From Escherichia phage EcoIv28_Lewi, in sequence record OX461087: DNA of 48,435 bases; one strand, 5' to 3'. This document shows, in pieces, positions 26,312-39,166 of the stretch. Position 1 is the stretch's first letter, and each line of letters starts with the position of its first letter. Both the position numbers and the translations under genes were made by a program. A model generated the notes under the pieces. That model saw only the letters and a list, made by a program, of their open reading frames with translations, was not told the DNA's origin and made no database searches.

Positions 26312-28162
26312 TTATAGCTGGCAAGTAAAGCTCAAGTCTATTGTTGCATTACCTGTTATCAGATCTGTTATCTGAACATCAACAGGTGAGCCTGACCTAT
26401 AGATTCTGCGGAAGAAAATTTTACCTCCCGTAATGTAACCATTTACCTCCAATAAATTAGTGTCAGTCCTTATTGCACTACTTAATATTGTAAGTATAGA
26501 ACCCATGCAATCACCCTTGAATGAGCTTAGGTAATGGGGAAGAGATATTGAAAACGCACCGGATCCAACGTTGCTTGTTATGTTGCATTCAATAGTTAAC
26601 CTTCCTGATACGCTGCGCTGAGTCAATTCATGTCTGTATATTTGTGAAGTATATGTGCAAGGTGCGTTTATGGTTGGGTTGAATCCAGTGGACTGAGGGA
26701 AAACGTAGAAGCTTTGTAAGTTACCACCAGATACATTATTATTGATTGGCGTTGCTGACCCTGTGAAAACATAAACACCATTATTCTCAATACCTGATGA
26801 GTCAGAAGTTATAGGTTCCTTTATGCTGTTTTCAGTTCCGCTTATTAAAAATGCTTTACCATATTCAGGCCCATCATTTGAGTGGAAAAGAATTCTTGGG
26901 CCTATCAGGTTATTATTGTAGCCAGATATAATATAACCGACACCACCATTTTCTAAACTTGCAGGCTGAGTTTCGTCAAGCTTATGTGGAGTATCAGAAT
27001 AGAAATTAATTATGTTGTTTAAACTTCCGCTAAGCTTTAATCCAATTAACATTACACGAGTGCTTCTATCTCCATCCAACCCCCATACATGCGTGTTGAC
27101 TATGTCGTTCGCTCCGCCTGTAATTTCCATTCCTACAGGATAACCAACTACAGTTGTGTTAGAGTACATACTATCAGAAGTTCGGTGTAGTATACCGCTG
27201 ATAGCAGAAGTCCCTAGTTGATCCTCTGGGGCTACGACTGATAAATTATTGAATTTCCATTCATATCCTTTCTCTATGTTAACACCACCGTTTAACATAT
27301 TGAAAATTCTTGCATTATTTATTACAGTTCCAACTCCATCAGTACCATAAATTCCAACAGCAGATATTGATGATTCAGGCTCAATATAAAGATTGTCAAT
27401 AAGAACTCTATTTCCTGTTTGTATAGCTGTTATACCATCATTATAAGGAGATCTCCATTTATCATCCTTAACTTCTATAACAACAGTATCAGTAAAGTCC
27501 TTTGGCACGATAGAACCGATATTATGCATTCTTGCCCCACTGTTTAAAACAAGACGTGATGTTATGCATGTTTTACCAATAAACAATACGGTTCTTTCAT
27601 TTGTTGCTGACCAATCTAAAGCTTGCTGATTAGGAATGGTATCATCATCAATACCATTACATTTAGCGCCAAATGATCGATTTGTAATGCAATCAGTCAA
27701 TACATCTTCAACAATTCTGGTTGAAAAACCTGTTGGCCCAAATCCTATCAATCCTGCCCCTGTAGGCTCAGCAAGATTTGCTCTTAATGATGCATCCCCG
27801 ACACTAACCCACGCACCAATACCAACCCCACCAGTTGTTGCTGGAGTTGAACCGGCAGATACGGTTTTAGGTAATTCACCATCCCAGCGGTAGTATTCTC
27901 CTGTTGCTTCGTAACGTAGCACCTGATTTGGTAGCGTCAATGTCGCGCCATCTTCAAAGCTATCCATTGTGATATATCCATAAGCACGAATGGCCTCTTC
28001 CGCAGTGTACTGGAATCCCGCAATTGTCCAGCGGCGAACTCCGAATCGGTCGGTGTAGTAATGTGCGTCAGATGTCACCACCTCGTCGATCTTACCGGCA
28101 TTAAATTTCAGGTCGCGCGGATCTTCTGACGGAATTGGTTTATTAGTTGGTGTGGTAGCCAT
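26312..28162 (-). CDS. tail fibre / tailspike protein
   Basis: 616 aa, repetitive Gly/Asn/Ser/Thr-rich beta-type body after a conserved-looking N-terminal anchor. Confidence 0.6.
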   Translation of the reverse strand: MATTPTNKPIPSEDPRDLKFNAGKIDEVVTSDAHYYTDRFGVRRWTIAGFQYTAEEAIRAYGYITMDSFEDGATLTLPNQVLRYEATGEYYRWDGELPKTVSAGSTPATTGGVGIGAWVSVGDASLRANLAEPTGAGLIGFGPTGFSTRIVEDVLTDCITNRSFGAKCNGIDDDTIPNQQALDWSATNERTVLFIGKTCITSRLVLNSGARMHNIGSIVPKDFTDTVVIEVKDDKWRSPYNDGITAIQTGNRVLIDNLYIEPESSISAVGIYGTDGVGTVINNARIFNMLNGGVNIEKGYEWKFNNLSVVAPEDQLGTSAISGILHRTSDSMYSNTTVVGYPVGMEITGGANDIVNTHVWGLDGDRSTRVMLIGLKLSGSLNNIINFYSDTPHKLDETQPASLENGGVGYIISGYNNNLIGPRILFHSNDGPEYGKAFLISGTENSIKEPITSDSSGIENNGVYVFTGSATPINNNVSGGNLQSFYVFPQSTGFNPTINAPCTYTSQIYRHELTQRSVSGRLTIECNITSNVGSGAFSISLPHYLSSFKGDCMGSILTILSSAIRTDTNLLEVNGYITGGKIFFRRIYRSGSPVDVQITDLITGNATIDLSFTCQL

Positions 28163-28201
28163 TATAATAAATGCTCCTTTGTGAATTTGATGTATATTGT
28201 A

Positions 28202-31539
<3,338 letters not shown>

Positions 31540-31545
31540 TTACTG

Positions 31546-32925
31546 TCAGACGTTGAATTTTATTGTTGTGATGTATTTGCTGCCCCACGCAGAATCTGCT
31601 TGGGGGATGGTGGCGTAATCTCCAACCGCCTGAACGTTTACCACGGATCCGTCTGAATAGGTAATGTCGATGCTTGTTGCGCCATTCATTGCTACTTTTG
31701 CGGATGCTGATGGTCGTGTAGTTAAATTTTCTTCTGTTTTAATATAAGATGATGAATTGGTAGACTTCTCCATTTGAGCGCCAAAAACTGATATGGAACT
31801 AACGCCGTCACCAGTAAATGAAGTGTTACCATTTTCATCTGTTAACCAAACTGACCCGTTTATAGTTGATACAGAACTTCTGGTGGTTATTCTTGACCAC
31901 ACCCTGTACCATCCATTGCCAATTGACATTATTCCGCATCTTGAATAGTCATTAGCGGATGTTATTTTTCCACTGGAAAGGTCTACATAAACAGGATTGC
32001 TTGCCACCTGACTAGCAAATACTCCGACCTGAACAAGAGCATTATTGTATCCGTTTGCTTTCACAAAAACAGAATATGTATAAGTGGCAGACACATCAGG
32101 ATTCAGGAGTTGCAGAACGTGATGCGAGCCATCTGTAATCGTCGGGATAATATCAGATGATGAAAGCTCTCCTGTGGGGGATATTGCATCCCCGTAATTG
32201 ACTGTAATTCTCGTCTTACTCCATGATTGATCGGTTAAGTTCTCAGACATTTTTAGCAAATTCAAACTTGCAATCTCAGGAGGCTCGCGCCCAACAGCAC
32301 TACCATCAATAAACGTGAGAGGCCATTCATTGATAGCGGACTGCACAAGATTACCATTGCGGTTGATGTAATAAATCTGTGGTCCATCATAAACAATGCG
32401 ACTATCAAGCGTAGATGACAGCATGTTAATCGGCATGTGCAATATCGGCGTCATATAGACTTGCGGTAGTTCACGGTTAACAACTTCATCCAGCCAGCTA
32501 TACCATCTGTAATCCAGCTCGACCAGAACATCGTCGAACTCATCCATCGTGTTATTGAGTTTTTTGGCGATGATGTTTCCAGTCCACGTCACCACGCCAC
32601 CATCAATGCTTGTCTGCACCGGGTAATCGGTGAAATGCAGGGTCTGCTCCTGCAATCCACTGCCGCCGAGGTCAATCATCATGGTGAACCAGTTGTTTGC
32701 TTTGTTGAGGTAACTCGGACTACGCAACCACTGGATAAATGCGCGCTCCTCTGCCAGCGTAAACTTCCATGTCAGGCTCCATGTCGATGCAATGTCAGTT
32801 GTCAGTTTCTGGAAAATCGGCACCCCGACCGCAGGCTGGTCACTGCGGAACGGGGTTTGCTGTGTCATGTTTTTACTGGCGCGTTGTGCGAGTGGAAGCC
32901 AGTCAGGGTATTTGATGATAGCCAT
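31546..32925 (-). CDS. minor / distal tail protein
   Basis: 459 aa directly after tape measure (ATGA overlap). Confidence 0.5.
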   Translation of the reverse strand: MAIIKYPDWLPLAQRASKNMTQQTPFRSDQPAVGVPIFQKLTTDIASTWSLTWKFTLAEERAFIQWLRSPSYLNKANNWFTMMIDLGGSGLQEQTLHFTDYPVQTSIDGGVVTWTGNIIAKKLNNTMDEFDDVLVELDYRWYSWLDEVVNRELPQVYMTPILHMPINMLSSTLDSRIVYDGPQIYYINRNGNLVQSAINEWPLTFIDGSAVGREPPEIASLNLLKMSENLTDQSWSKTRITVNYGDAISPTGELSSSDIIPTITDGSHHVLQLLNPDVSATYTYSVFVKANGYNNALVQVGVFASQVASNPVYVDLSSGKITSANDYSRCGIMSIGNGWYRVWSRITTRSSVSTINGSVWLTDENGNTSFTGDGVSSISVFGAQMEKSTNSSSYIKTEENLTTRPSASAKVAMNGATSIDITYSDGSVVNVQAVGDYATIPQADSAWGSKYITTIKFNV

Positions 32926-35267
32926 TATTCTGTTGCTCTCCGGTTTGTTGAGTAATTTCTTGAAATAGCCTGCCCTATCGCGCCATTGTTCTCAATATCA
33001 CTAACGATAGTCTCAATTGTTACGCTGCCATCACCGTTATCTCTGGCGCTGCTGCTAACCTGCGCTGAGCTGTTATTGATGACGTTATTATAAACCACAA
33101 CGCCACTACCACCTCCGGTAATGTCTTTGTTGCTGATAACACGACCACTATCGCCCGGTATCATGTACTGATGACCGTTTGATGCCTGGAATATCTCAGG
33201 GAGGTTATTCTCTCCGACTCGGTACATTGAGCCTTCCTGCGCTGGCCCACCATTTTTCAGCGCGCCAGCAATAGACATTGTCTTTGCGAGGCCAACCGTT
33301 GCCCCAATTCCTGCCATAGCAGGGGCTGAGTTTGCGCCAGCGGTTGCAAGAGATGTCATTGCTGCTGCTGGAGCCATCGCCGCTGATATTGCCGCAGCCT
33401 GAGCTATCGTCGCAGCAGAAGCTGCGCTCATTCCTGCTGTACCCATGATAGCTGATTTGGCCCAATCTATACCCATTTGCACAAACGCATTGATAACACT
33501 GGACAGAATATTTGAACCAATTGAGCGTAGAGCCTCTGATACAGACATTGAACCAGTAAGGATGCCAGTAAGCGCATTTCCAGCAGTCTGCCCAAAAGCA
33601 TCAAACGCAGCAGCCGCCGCTTGTGTGGCTGCGCTTTGCTGACTCCATTCCTGCCACATTGCTTCAATTCTTTGCTGTCTGTACTGCTCTTCAATTGTAG
33701 CTCTGGTTTGCTGTATCTCTGCCATCTTTTGCGGGTACGCTTTGGCATAAGCATCCAAATCAGCCATATCCTTCTGATAGGATGTTTCTACAGCAAACAT
33801 TGGTGAGGTTTGCGATTTTAGTGCGCTGTATCCTTTTACGGCATCTATTCTTTTCTTCTCCGCAGTCGCCTGTTCCTTCAGTGCATTCTTCTGGTCCCAA
33901 ATCTTCGCAGCGTACTGGCCAGCCAGTTTTATTTGCTCCTGAGTTGCGTCCTTGCCAAGCGATTGCTGCGCGTTGAGAATGGCTTGCTCGCGGGATAGTT
34001 CGCTGGTTGATGTGGCGTTAAGCATGGTTTGCTGGCGTAACTTCTCCAGCTTTTCAGCAACTGACTCAGCTTGCCGTTCTTCGGCGCTTTTGCCTGTTGC
34101 TTTTTTCTTTTTCTCTTTTTCTGCTGCCTTTGGTACTGTCAAATGAGCCTGCGCCTTTGCCGCCTCTCCTGTCGATTTGGTGACAGCATCCATATCTGCG
34201 ACCAATGTGGCAGCCTGATTTGCTACCGCCGCTATAGCCTGATTCTGCGCAGCCCAACCATCAATACCAATCCATGACCATGTTCTTGCTCTGCGACTGA
34301 ACATTTCTGCTGTTGATGTCAAATCAGAAATAACCTCTGCCGCACCTATAGTCTGACCAGTTAGTCTGTTGATTGCTGAGGTAATAGAGTCAATAACAGA
34401 AACAAAAGTGGAACTGGCTCCTGTTGCTTCGTTTATGCTTGCTATCATTTTTGCAAATGATGTTTCAAGACTGCCAGTAGCCTGAGATATAGAGCGCGGT
34501 AGTTTTGCGAACTCAGCATTGACGACGCTAGTCCTGTCCTGAATGGCGTTCAGGGCATCTTCCGCCGTCAGTTTACCGTCGAGCATTCTGGCACGAAGCT
34601 CACCCATTGAAATGCCAAGACCCGCCGCTATCTGACGCGCAAGTTCAGGCATCTGCTCAAGGATAGAGTTAAATTCTTCGGCGCGGATTGTGCCAGATGC
34701 GATTGACTGACCGAACTGACGTAATGCGTTCGCCATTTCTTCAGTTGATGACCCACCGATTCTACCTATTTTTTGCAGGGTATCTGTGAGGTTAAGAACC
34801 TGCGCATTTGTCGCTCCAGCCTCTTTCAGTGATGATGTTAATGTCTCCCACAACTTCGTGGTGTCACTGAGGCTTGCGCCAGTGGTAGAGGCGATATTTG
34901 TCAGCGAATTGAAGGTTTCCTTCGCGGTCTCAGCATCTCCTGTTAACCTTTTTATCCTTGCCTGTAGCTGTGTCATGTTGTCAGCTATCTCAAGGAAAGC
35001 CTTACCCCATCCAATGATTAACGACACTGAGATTGCACCAGCCAGCATCGACATGCTGGTCTTGAGTCCTGAAGCTGCGCCGCCAGCATTCTTCATTCCG
35101 CTGCCAGCATTTCTGGCGTTTTTATCCAACTTGCCAAGCGCATTTGTGGTTTTGTTGGTTGATGATTCAAGGTCATCTAAAGTCTTATTGGCTGTTGTCG
35201 CGCCAGCTTTCAGGCCTTTAACATCCATCCCGACTTCATATACAATTCCGCCGACTTCTTCAGCCAT
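32925..35267 (-). CDS. tail tape measure protein
   Basis: 780 aa, Ala/Gly/Ser-rich with long coiled coils and hydrophobic stretch. Confidence 0.85.
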   Translation of the reverse strand: MAEEVGGIVYEVGMDVKGLKAGATTANKTLDDLESSTNKTTNALGKLDKNARNAGSGMKNAGGAASGLKTSMSMLAGAISVSLIIGWGKAFLEIADNMTQLQARIKRLTGDAETAKETFNSLTNIASTTGASLSDTTKLWETLTSSLKEAGATNAQVLNLTDTLQKIGRIGGSSTEEMANALRQFGQSIASGTIRAEEFNSILEQMPELARQIAAGLGISMGELRARMLDGKLTAEDALNAIQDRTSVVNAEFAKLPRSISQATGSLETSFAKMIASINEATGASSTFVSVIDSITSAINRLTGQTIGAAEVISDLTSTAEMFSRRARTWSWIGIDGWAAQNQAIAAVANQAATLVADMDAVTKSTGEAAKAQAHLTVPKAAEKEKKKKATGKSAEERQAESVAEKLEKLRQQTMLNATSTSELSREQAILNAQQSLGKDATQEQIKLAGQYAAKIWDQKNALKEQATAEKKRIDAVKGYSALKSQTSPMFAVETSYQKDMADLDAYAKAYPQKMAEIQQTRATIEEQYRQQRIEAMWQEWSQQSAATQAAAAAFDAFGQTAGNALTGILTGSMSVSEALRSIGSNILSSVINAFVQMGIDWAKSAIMGTAGMSAASAATIAQAAAISAAMAPAAAMTSLATAGANSAPAMAGIGATVGLAKTMSIAGALKNGGPAQEGSMYRVGENNLPEIFQASNGHQYMIPGDSGRVISNKDITGGGSGVVVYNNVINNSSAQVSSSARDNGDGSVTIETIVSDIENNGAIGQAISRNYSTNRRATE

Positions 35268-35974
35268 TATGTATTCCTCGCTTTTTTCGCTTTGCGTTCA
35301 GCCAGTGCCTTCATGCGCTCGCGGTCTGCTTTAGCCTGATCGTACTCTGCCGCGCGCTCTTCTTTCGTTAACCCTTTCGGCTCTGGATATTTATTCTTAA
35401 TCATCATCTGAAACTCTGTCATGGACAGGTTTTCGGCCTCATCACGAGTCATATCGAAGTGCGTGCGTGCTGAGATGATGTATTGCGACGCATGAAACTC
35501 GTTTGTGGTTTTCTTGCCCTGCTCTTCCAGACGTTCGGGCACTTTGAGTGGCGACTTGCCAATGATGCCATGCTGCATCAGGTTGCGCGCAATAATAATA
35601 ATGTCGCTCACTGGTATGATGCCGGGAACGTATCGCACGCCGCGCGGCGTTGGCTTCCATCCGCCAATCAGCACAGAAATATCATCTTCACAGCATGACT
35701 GCATTACGATATAGGCCGCACTCAGCACATGACGACCATACACAGGCTTGCTGATGGTCTTCATAACCTGCATCTGAGCGCCAAATGGCAGGTATTCGAC
35801 GTGCTGCAAGGGCGCGACATAATCAATGCCATTGAGTTTAGCGTACACCTCGACGATTTCTTTTGGTGTGCCAATTTCATTCATGGCGCGGAATGATGGC
35901 TTGAAGAAAAAACTCCTGTCGGAAAGCGAGATGCGCATCTCCCCGATTTCTGTTAGTGGCGTGCGATTTTTCAT
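35267..35974 (-). CDS. tail assembly chaperone (putative)
   Basis: 235 aa immediately upstream of the tape measure with ATGA overlap; charged C-terminus. Confidence 0.5.
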   Translation of the reverse strand: MKNRTPLTEIGEMRISLSDRSFFFKPSFRAMNEIGTPKEIVEVYAKLNGIDYVAPLQHVEYLPFGAQMQVMKTISKPVYGRHVLSAAYIVMQSCCEDDISVLIGGWKPTPRGVRYVPGIIPVSDIIIIARNLMQHGIIGKSPLKVPERLEEQGKKTTNEFHASQYIISARTHFDMTRDEAENLSMTEFQMMIKNKYPEPKGLTKEERAAEYDQAKADRERMKALAERKAKKARNT

Positions 35975-36003
35975 TGCGTAACCCTGTCTGTGTAATGGTG
36001 TGA

Positions 36004-36042
36004 TTATACCATTTGACAGGTTGCGCAGACTTGGTGTAGATT
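36004..36042. promoter_or_regulatory. divergent promoters
   Basis: Minus: extended -10 TGGTATAAT; plus: TTGACA-N18-TAGATT (36013..36042). Confidence 0.45.
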
Positions 36043-36074
36043 TAAGTCATGTTGATGTAGATTGAGGTTCGAGT

Positions 36075-36350
36075 ATGAAAATGGAGAGTAAAAACTGGAA
36101 TGTCGTAGGTAGCTTCAAAACGGGATGTAGAGTAGAAAATCCGTGGGATGTGGTAACTGAAGATGATGGCACTGGATGGAGATTTGATGGTGATCTGCCG
36201 CATGAAGCTAATGTGAATAGCTTTTTAACTGATGGTTTTGGCGCAGGTGGATGGATTCATTGTTTCGGAGACACTCCTACTAAAACAGCGTCATTCCCAT
36301 ATTTAATTGTGGCTATTTTCTTGCTGCTGCTTATTTTAAAGATTATTTGA
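36075..36350 (+). CDS. tail-anchored membrane protein (moron)
   Basis: 91 aa, soluble N-terminus and C-terminal transmembrane helix, antisense to the tail operon. Confidence 0.5.
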   Translation: MKMESKNWNVVGSFKTGCRVENPWDVVTEDDGTGWRFDGDLPHEANVNSFLTDGFGAGGWIHCFGDTPTKTASFPYLIVAIFLLLLILKII

Positions 36351-36455
36351 GATAACAACCATTAACGAGACAATGCGATGAAACGACGCAACATAACCAA
36401 TGCCATTGATCTTAGCGCACGCCTTGACGTTTTCTTTTGGCGTGCGATTGCTCAT
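36336..36455 (-). pseudogene. duplicated 5' fragment of the tail assembly chaperone gene
   Basis: Minus-strand ORF MSNRTPKENVKACAKINGIGYVAS matches the chaperone N-terminus MKNRTP...AKLNGIDYVAP; shared AATCGCACGCCA and GCTAA.ATCAATGGCATTG. Confidence 0.35.
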
Positions 36456-36504
36456 GTTTTGCATCCTGAATTTGACTGATGTTGATTATATCATCTCAGT
36501 GGTG

Positions 36505-36533
36505 TTGACACCTGCGAGGTGGTGATGTAGATT
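36505..36533 (+). promoter_or_regulatory. sigma70-like promoter TTGACA-N17-TAGATT
   Basis: Consensus -35, 17-nt spacer, -10 TAGATT. Confidence 0.55.
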
Positions 36534-36572
36534 CAATTCATCGAAACGAGTGATGAATAAATGAGGTGAGTT

Positions 36573-36866
36573 ATGAAAATTAAAATGTTGGTTGCATCTG
36601 TGCTGTTAGCTTCCTCTTTCTCTGCTATCGCAACATCAGAGGTGTGCAAGAATATTGGCGATATTGCATTAAACACGGCCGATGCTCGCGATAACGGTAT
36701 CAGCAAGAATCTTGCCGAGGTGGTAGTTAAGGGTTCCACAAAAAACAACGAATCAGCAGAAATAATTGGTATTGCTATCGTAGAAATGGTTTATGCACGC
36801 AAGGATATGACTAAAGAGCAATTGCGTGATGTATCTGTTGCTTTGTGCGAAAAGAATGGCATGTAA
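36573..36866 (+). CDS. secreted/periplasmic small protein
   Basis: N-terminal signal peptide MKIKMLVASVLLASSFSAIA. Confidence 0.5.
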   Translation: MKIKMLVASVLLASSFSAIATSEVCKNIGDIALNTADARDNGISKNLAEVVVKGSTKNNESAEIIGIAIVEMVYARKDMTKEQLRDVSVALCEKNGM

Positions 36867-36898
36867 TATAAACAAGTTATTAACAGTTGAGGTTAGCT

Positions 36899-37093
36899 AT
36901 GGACGTTGTTATTTTGTTGTTTTTCGTTGGTTTGGTGGTATTTGCCTATCTTCTCCCGTCATTTGTGGCATTGCAAAGAAAGCATACAAATACTACCGCA
37001 ATCTGTGTGCTGAATATTCTTGTAGGGTGGAGTTTTATTGGGTGGGTTGCGGCACTTGTTTGGGCATTAGTTAACAGTGGCGACAAGAAATGA
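36899..37093 (+). CDS. superinfection-immunity-like small membrane protein
   Basis: Two transmembrane helices; motif YLLPSFVA..RKH.N...GWSFIGWVAALVWAL. Confidence 0.45.
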   Translation: MDVVILLFFVGLVVFAYLLPSFVALQRKHTNTTAICVLNILVGWSFIGWVAALVWALVNSGDKK

Positions 37094-37233
37094 ACGAGCA
37101 AACAAAAGCTGACCTGATTTTCTACACTGAACTGTATGTTGATGCGGGTTACGATTACGAAGAAGCTGAACGCATGGCGAAAGACTTGCTTCGTGTGATT
37201 GGTGTGATTTTTGATGAGGATAAGGTGATATGA
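37090..37233 (+). CDS. small hypothetical protein (47 aa)
   Basis: ATGA-coupled ORF between the two neighbouring genes. Confidence 0.35.
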   Translation: MNEQTKADLIFYTELYVDAGYDYEEAERMAKDLLRVIGVIFDEDKVI

Positions 37234-37430
37234 GCCGGTGGATTAGGTGTAGTGAGCGGATGCCTGAAGGTGACGAGATGGTTCTTACAGCATTTCGTGG
37301 TGTCGTTAGAACTGCGATATGTAAAGTTGTCGACAACATTGGCAGCAAGATATTTGTTAGTGAATTAGACCGCTGTCACGGAATTCCAGCCACCCATTGG
37401 TCTAAATCACCACAACCACCACAACAATAA
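37230..37430 (+). CDS. DUF551-like protein
   Basis: W.RCSERMPE ... THWSKSPQPP pattern. Confidence 0.5.
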   Translation: MSRWIRCSERMPEGDEMVLTAFRGVVRTAICKVVDNIGSKIFVSELDRCHGIPATHWSKSPQPPQQ

Positions 37431-37432
37431 AA

Positions 37433-37459
37433 CAAAGCCCCTTTCGGGGCTTTTTCTTT
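37433..37459. terminator. bidirectional rho-independent terminator
   Basis: Hairpin AAAGCCCC-TTTC-GGGGCTTT plus T-run. Confidence 0.6.
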
Positions 37460-37460
37460 A

Positions 37461-38177
37461 TCACGATACAGTGCAAGCTGTACTGATGATAATTTCCGGG
37501 TCAGTAGACGAGTCAGTCACCGTTACGGTGTATACGCCAGCGGTCGGGCTTGCTAGTGAAGCGCCAGATTCGCCACCAACAACTACACCATCTTTGCGCC
37601 ACACGTAGGTGTAAGGAGCAACACCACCTTCAACAGCAACAGTTAACGGGCTGCCAGTCGTGCCAGTTGATTGCAGGTCGGTAGTGAATGCCAGAGGCTC
37701 AAGGCTTTCGACGGTAACGCTGTCAGAATCGTAAACCTTGAACTCAAGGCTGCCAGTCACAATGTCGTTTGTGCCGCCTTCGTAGCTGATGCTGGTGATG
37801 TTGCAGTATGCGGTAACGATAGTTGCACCAGTTACCTGACGCACCCACAAAGAAGGCTGGCGACGCGCTTTCAGTTCAGTAGCGTAAATCTCAACCAGAC
37901 GATGGAAGCCAAACTCATCGCTCGGGTCATTCTTGCGGATTTCCACCTCTGCACTGATGGTCATATCAGAGCTGGTAACGAGAGTGGAAACAAAACCGCC
38001 AGCGGTATCCGCTTCAGACGTAGTGGTCTGCGGCGAGTAGTCAACACCTTTACTGGTGGTTGATCCTAAATATTTCCAGTCTTCTGCATCCGGAACTGCG
38101 TCACCGCACCCTTCAGCAAGGAACAGTCGTGTCATGCGACCGACCAGAACGCCTTTATCATTTGCACAAATAGCCAT
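37461..38177 (-). CDS. major tail protein with C-terminal Ig-like domain
   Basis: 238 aa; C-terminus (GVAPYTYVWRKDGVVVGG...YTVTVTD) looks like a bacterial Ig-like domain; own extended -10 TGATATAAT upstream. Confidence 0.7.
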   Translation of the reverse strand: MAICANDKGVLVGRMTRLFLAEGCGDAVPDAEDWKYLGSTTSKGVDYSPQTTTSEADTAGGFVSTLVTSSDMTISAEVEIRKNDPSDEFGFHRLVEIYATELKARRQPSLWVRQVTGATIVTAYCNITSISYEGGTNDIVTGSLEFKVYDSDSVTVESLEPLAFTTDLQSTGTTGSPLTVAVEGGVAPYTYVWRKDGVVVGGESGASLASPTAGVYTVTVTDSSTDPEIIISTACTVS

Positions 38178-38228
38178 TTCGATCTCCGAATTGTGTTAGC
38201 TGCTAACGTGGTGATTATATCACAGGTG

Positions 38229-38257
38229 TTGACAGTGATTATTTTGTGGTGTAGATT
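38229..38257 (+). promoter_or_regulatory. sigma70-like promoter TTGACA-N17-TAGATT driving the non-coding region and tRNA
   Basis: Consensus hexamers with 17-nt spacer. Confidence 0.55.
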
Positions 38258-38261
38258 GTAT

Positions 38262-38686
38262 TTCAGATAGTTTTCGTGAGCGACTTTGCGGACTTTTTAG
38301 AAACTGACCACAAAGATAAATGCAAACGATGATGTTGTTCTGATGGCGGCGTAATAGCCTAAAATTAGCGGGGTATTCCAGTTCCCTGTAACAGAATCTG
38401 GCGCAGTGGCCCGCTGTGATTAATAATGGGCACACAACAGGTAAGAGTACTGAGTCGGTAATCGTGAAGAGTCGGCGTGCCTGGTTAGCCAGTGCTCTTA
38501 CCGTTGTGGTAATGCCATCTTGATTATTTGGATAGGTTTGCATCCATTATTATGCCAGTTTCAGTTAATCGCGAAACGCCACAACACTTAATATCCAGCA
38601 TTATCGCAATCATATGTAGGGGTATGTATGGGTTACGGGGCTGGATATTAAGAAAGCACGCTGGCAATGCTTAAACCAGCACTTAT
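38262..38686 (+). ncRNA. candidate structured non-coding RNA / tRNA leader
   Basis: ~425 nt with no credible ORF; 13-bp perfect inverted repeat (38587..38599 with 38640..38652) and a second long-range stem. Confidence 0.3.
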
Positions 38687-38763
38687 GGACGCGTAGCTTA
38701 ATTGGTTAAAGCAACCGACTCATAATCGGCTGATTGAAGGTTCAAATCCGTCCGTGTCCACCA
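38687..38763 (+). tRNA. tRNA, anticodon CAT (Met, or Ile if lysidine-modified)
   Basis: Hand-folded cloverleaf: acceptor GGACGCG/CGTGTCC, anticodon loop CTCATAA, T-loop TTCAAAT, encoded 3' CCA. Confidence 0.8.
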
Positions 38764-38767
38764 AATT

Positions 38768-38797
38768 AAAAGCCGCTTCACGCGGCTTTATTTATTT
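38768..38797. terminator. bidirectional rho-independent terminator
   Basis: Hairpin AAAGCCGC-TTCA-CGCGGCTTT plus T-run. Confidence 0.6.
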
Positions 38798-39166
38798 CAC
38801 GACCCGCAAAAGCAACTCATGAACAGGCCGTTTTTCTTCCGTTAACATCGGCCTTCCGAGTGGCGCTTGCAACTGGATGTAGTTAACGCATGAATCAATC
38901 GGATGCGTCTTGATGTATTCGATAATCTCATTGGCTTTCGCATCAACATCCGCAACGTTGTACTGTCCTTGTTTCCCAACAACATACAACGAGAAATAGA
39001 AATCCCCACCTAGACCATCCATAACCTGCGTGCCACCATTGGATTGCAGAACAATAAATTGCTCGTTGCCGTCTTCGGTGTCATTCCAGAACTGCAACTG
39101 CGAATTCCAGCCATCATATAATCCGGCATCCTGAAGATATGCATCAACCAGTTCAAGCATGTTCAC
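38792..39166 (-). CDS. tail terminator / neck protein (putative)
   Basis: 124 aa; position between connector genes and major tail. Confidence 0.4.
   Translation of the reverse strand: MNMLELVDAYLQDAGLYDGWNSQLQFWNDTEDGNEQFIVLQSNGGTQVMDGLGGDFYFSLYVVGKQGQYNVADVDAKANEIIEYIKTHPIDSCVNYIQLQAPLGRPMLTEEKRPVHELLLRVVK

Noticed and set aside
33205-35334. Several 60-180 aa ORFs on both strands inside the tape-measure gene
   Set aside because: Frame-shifted or antisense shadows of an 780-aa Ala/Gly-rich gene; low-complexity translations.
38220-38543. 107-aa minus-strand ORF in the region upstream of the tRNA
   Set aside because: No RBS, runs through a promoter and the inverted-repeat structure; the region is better explained as non-coding.
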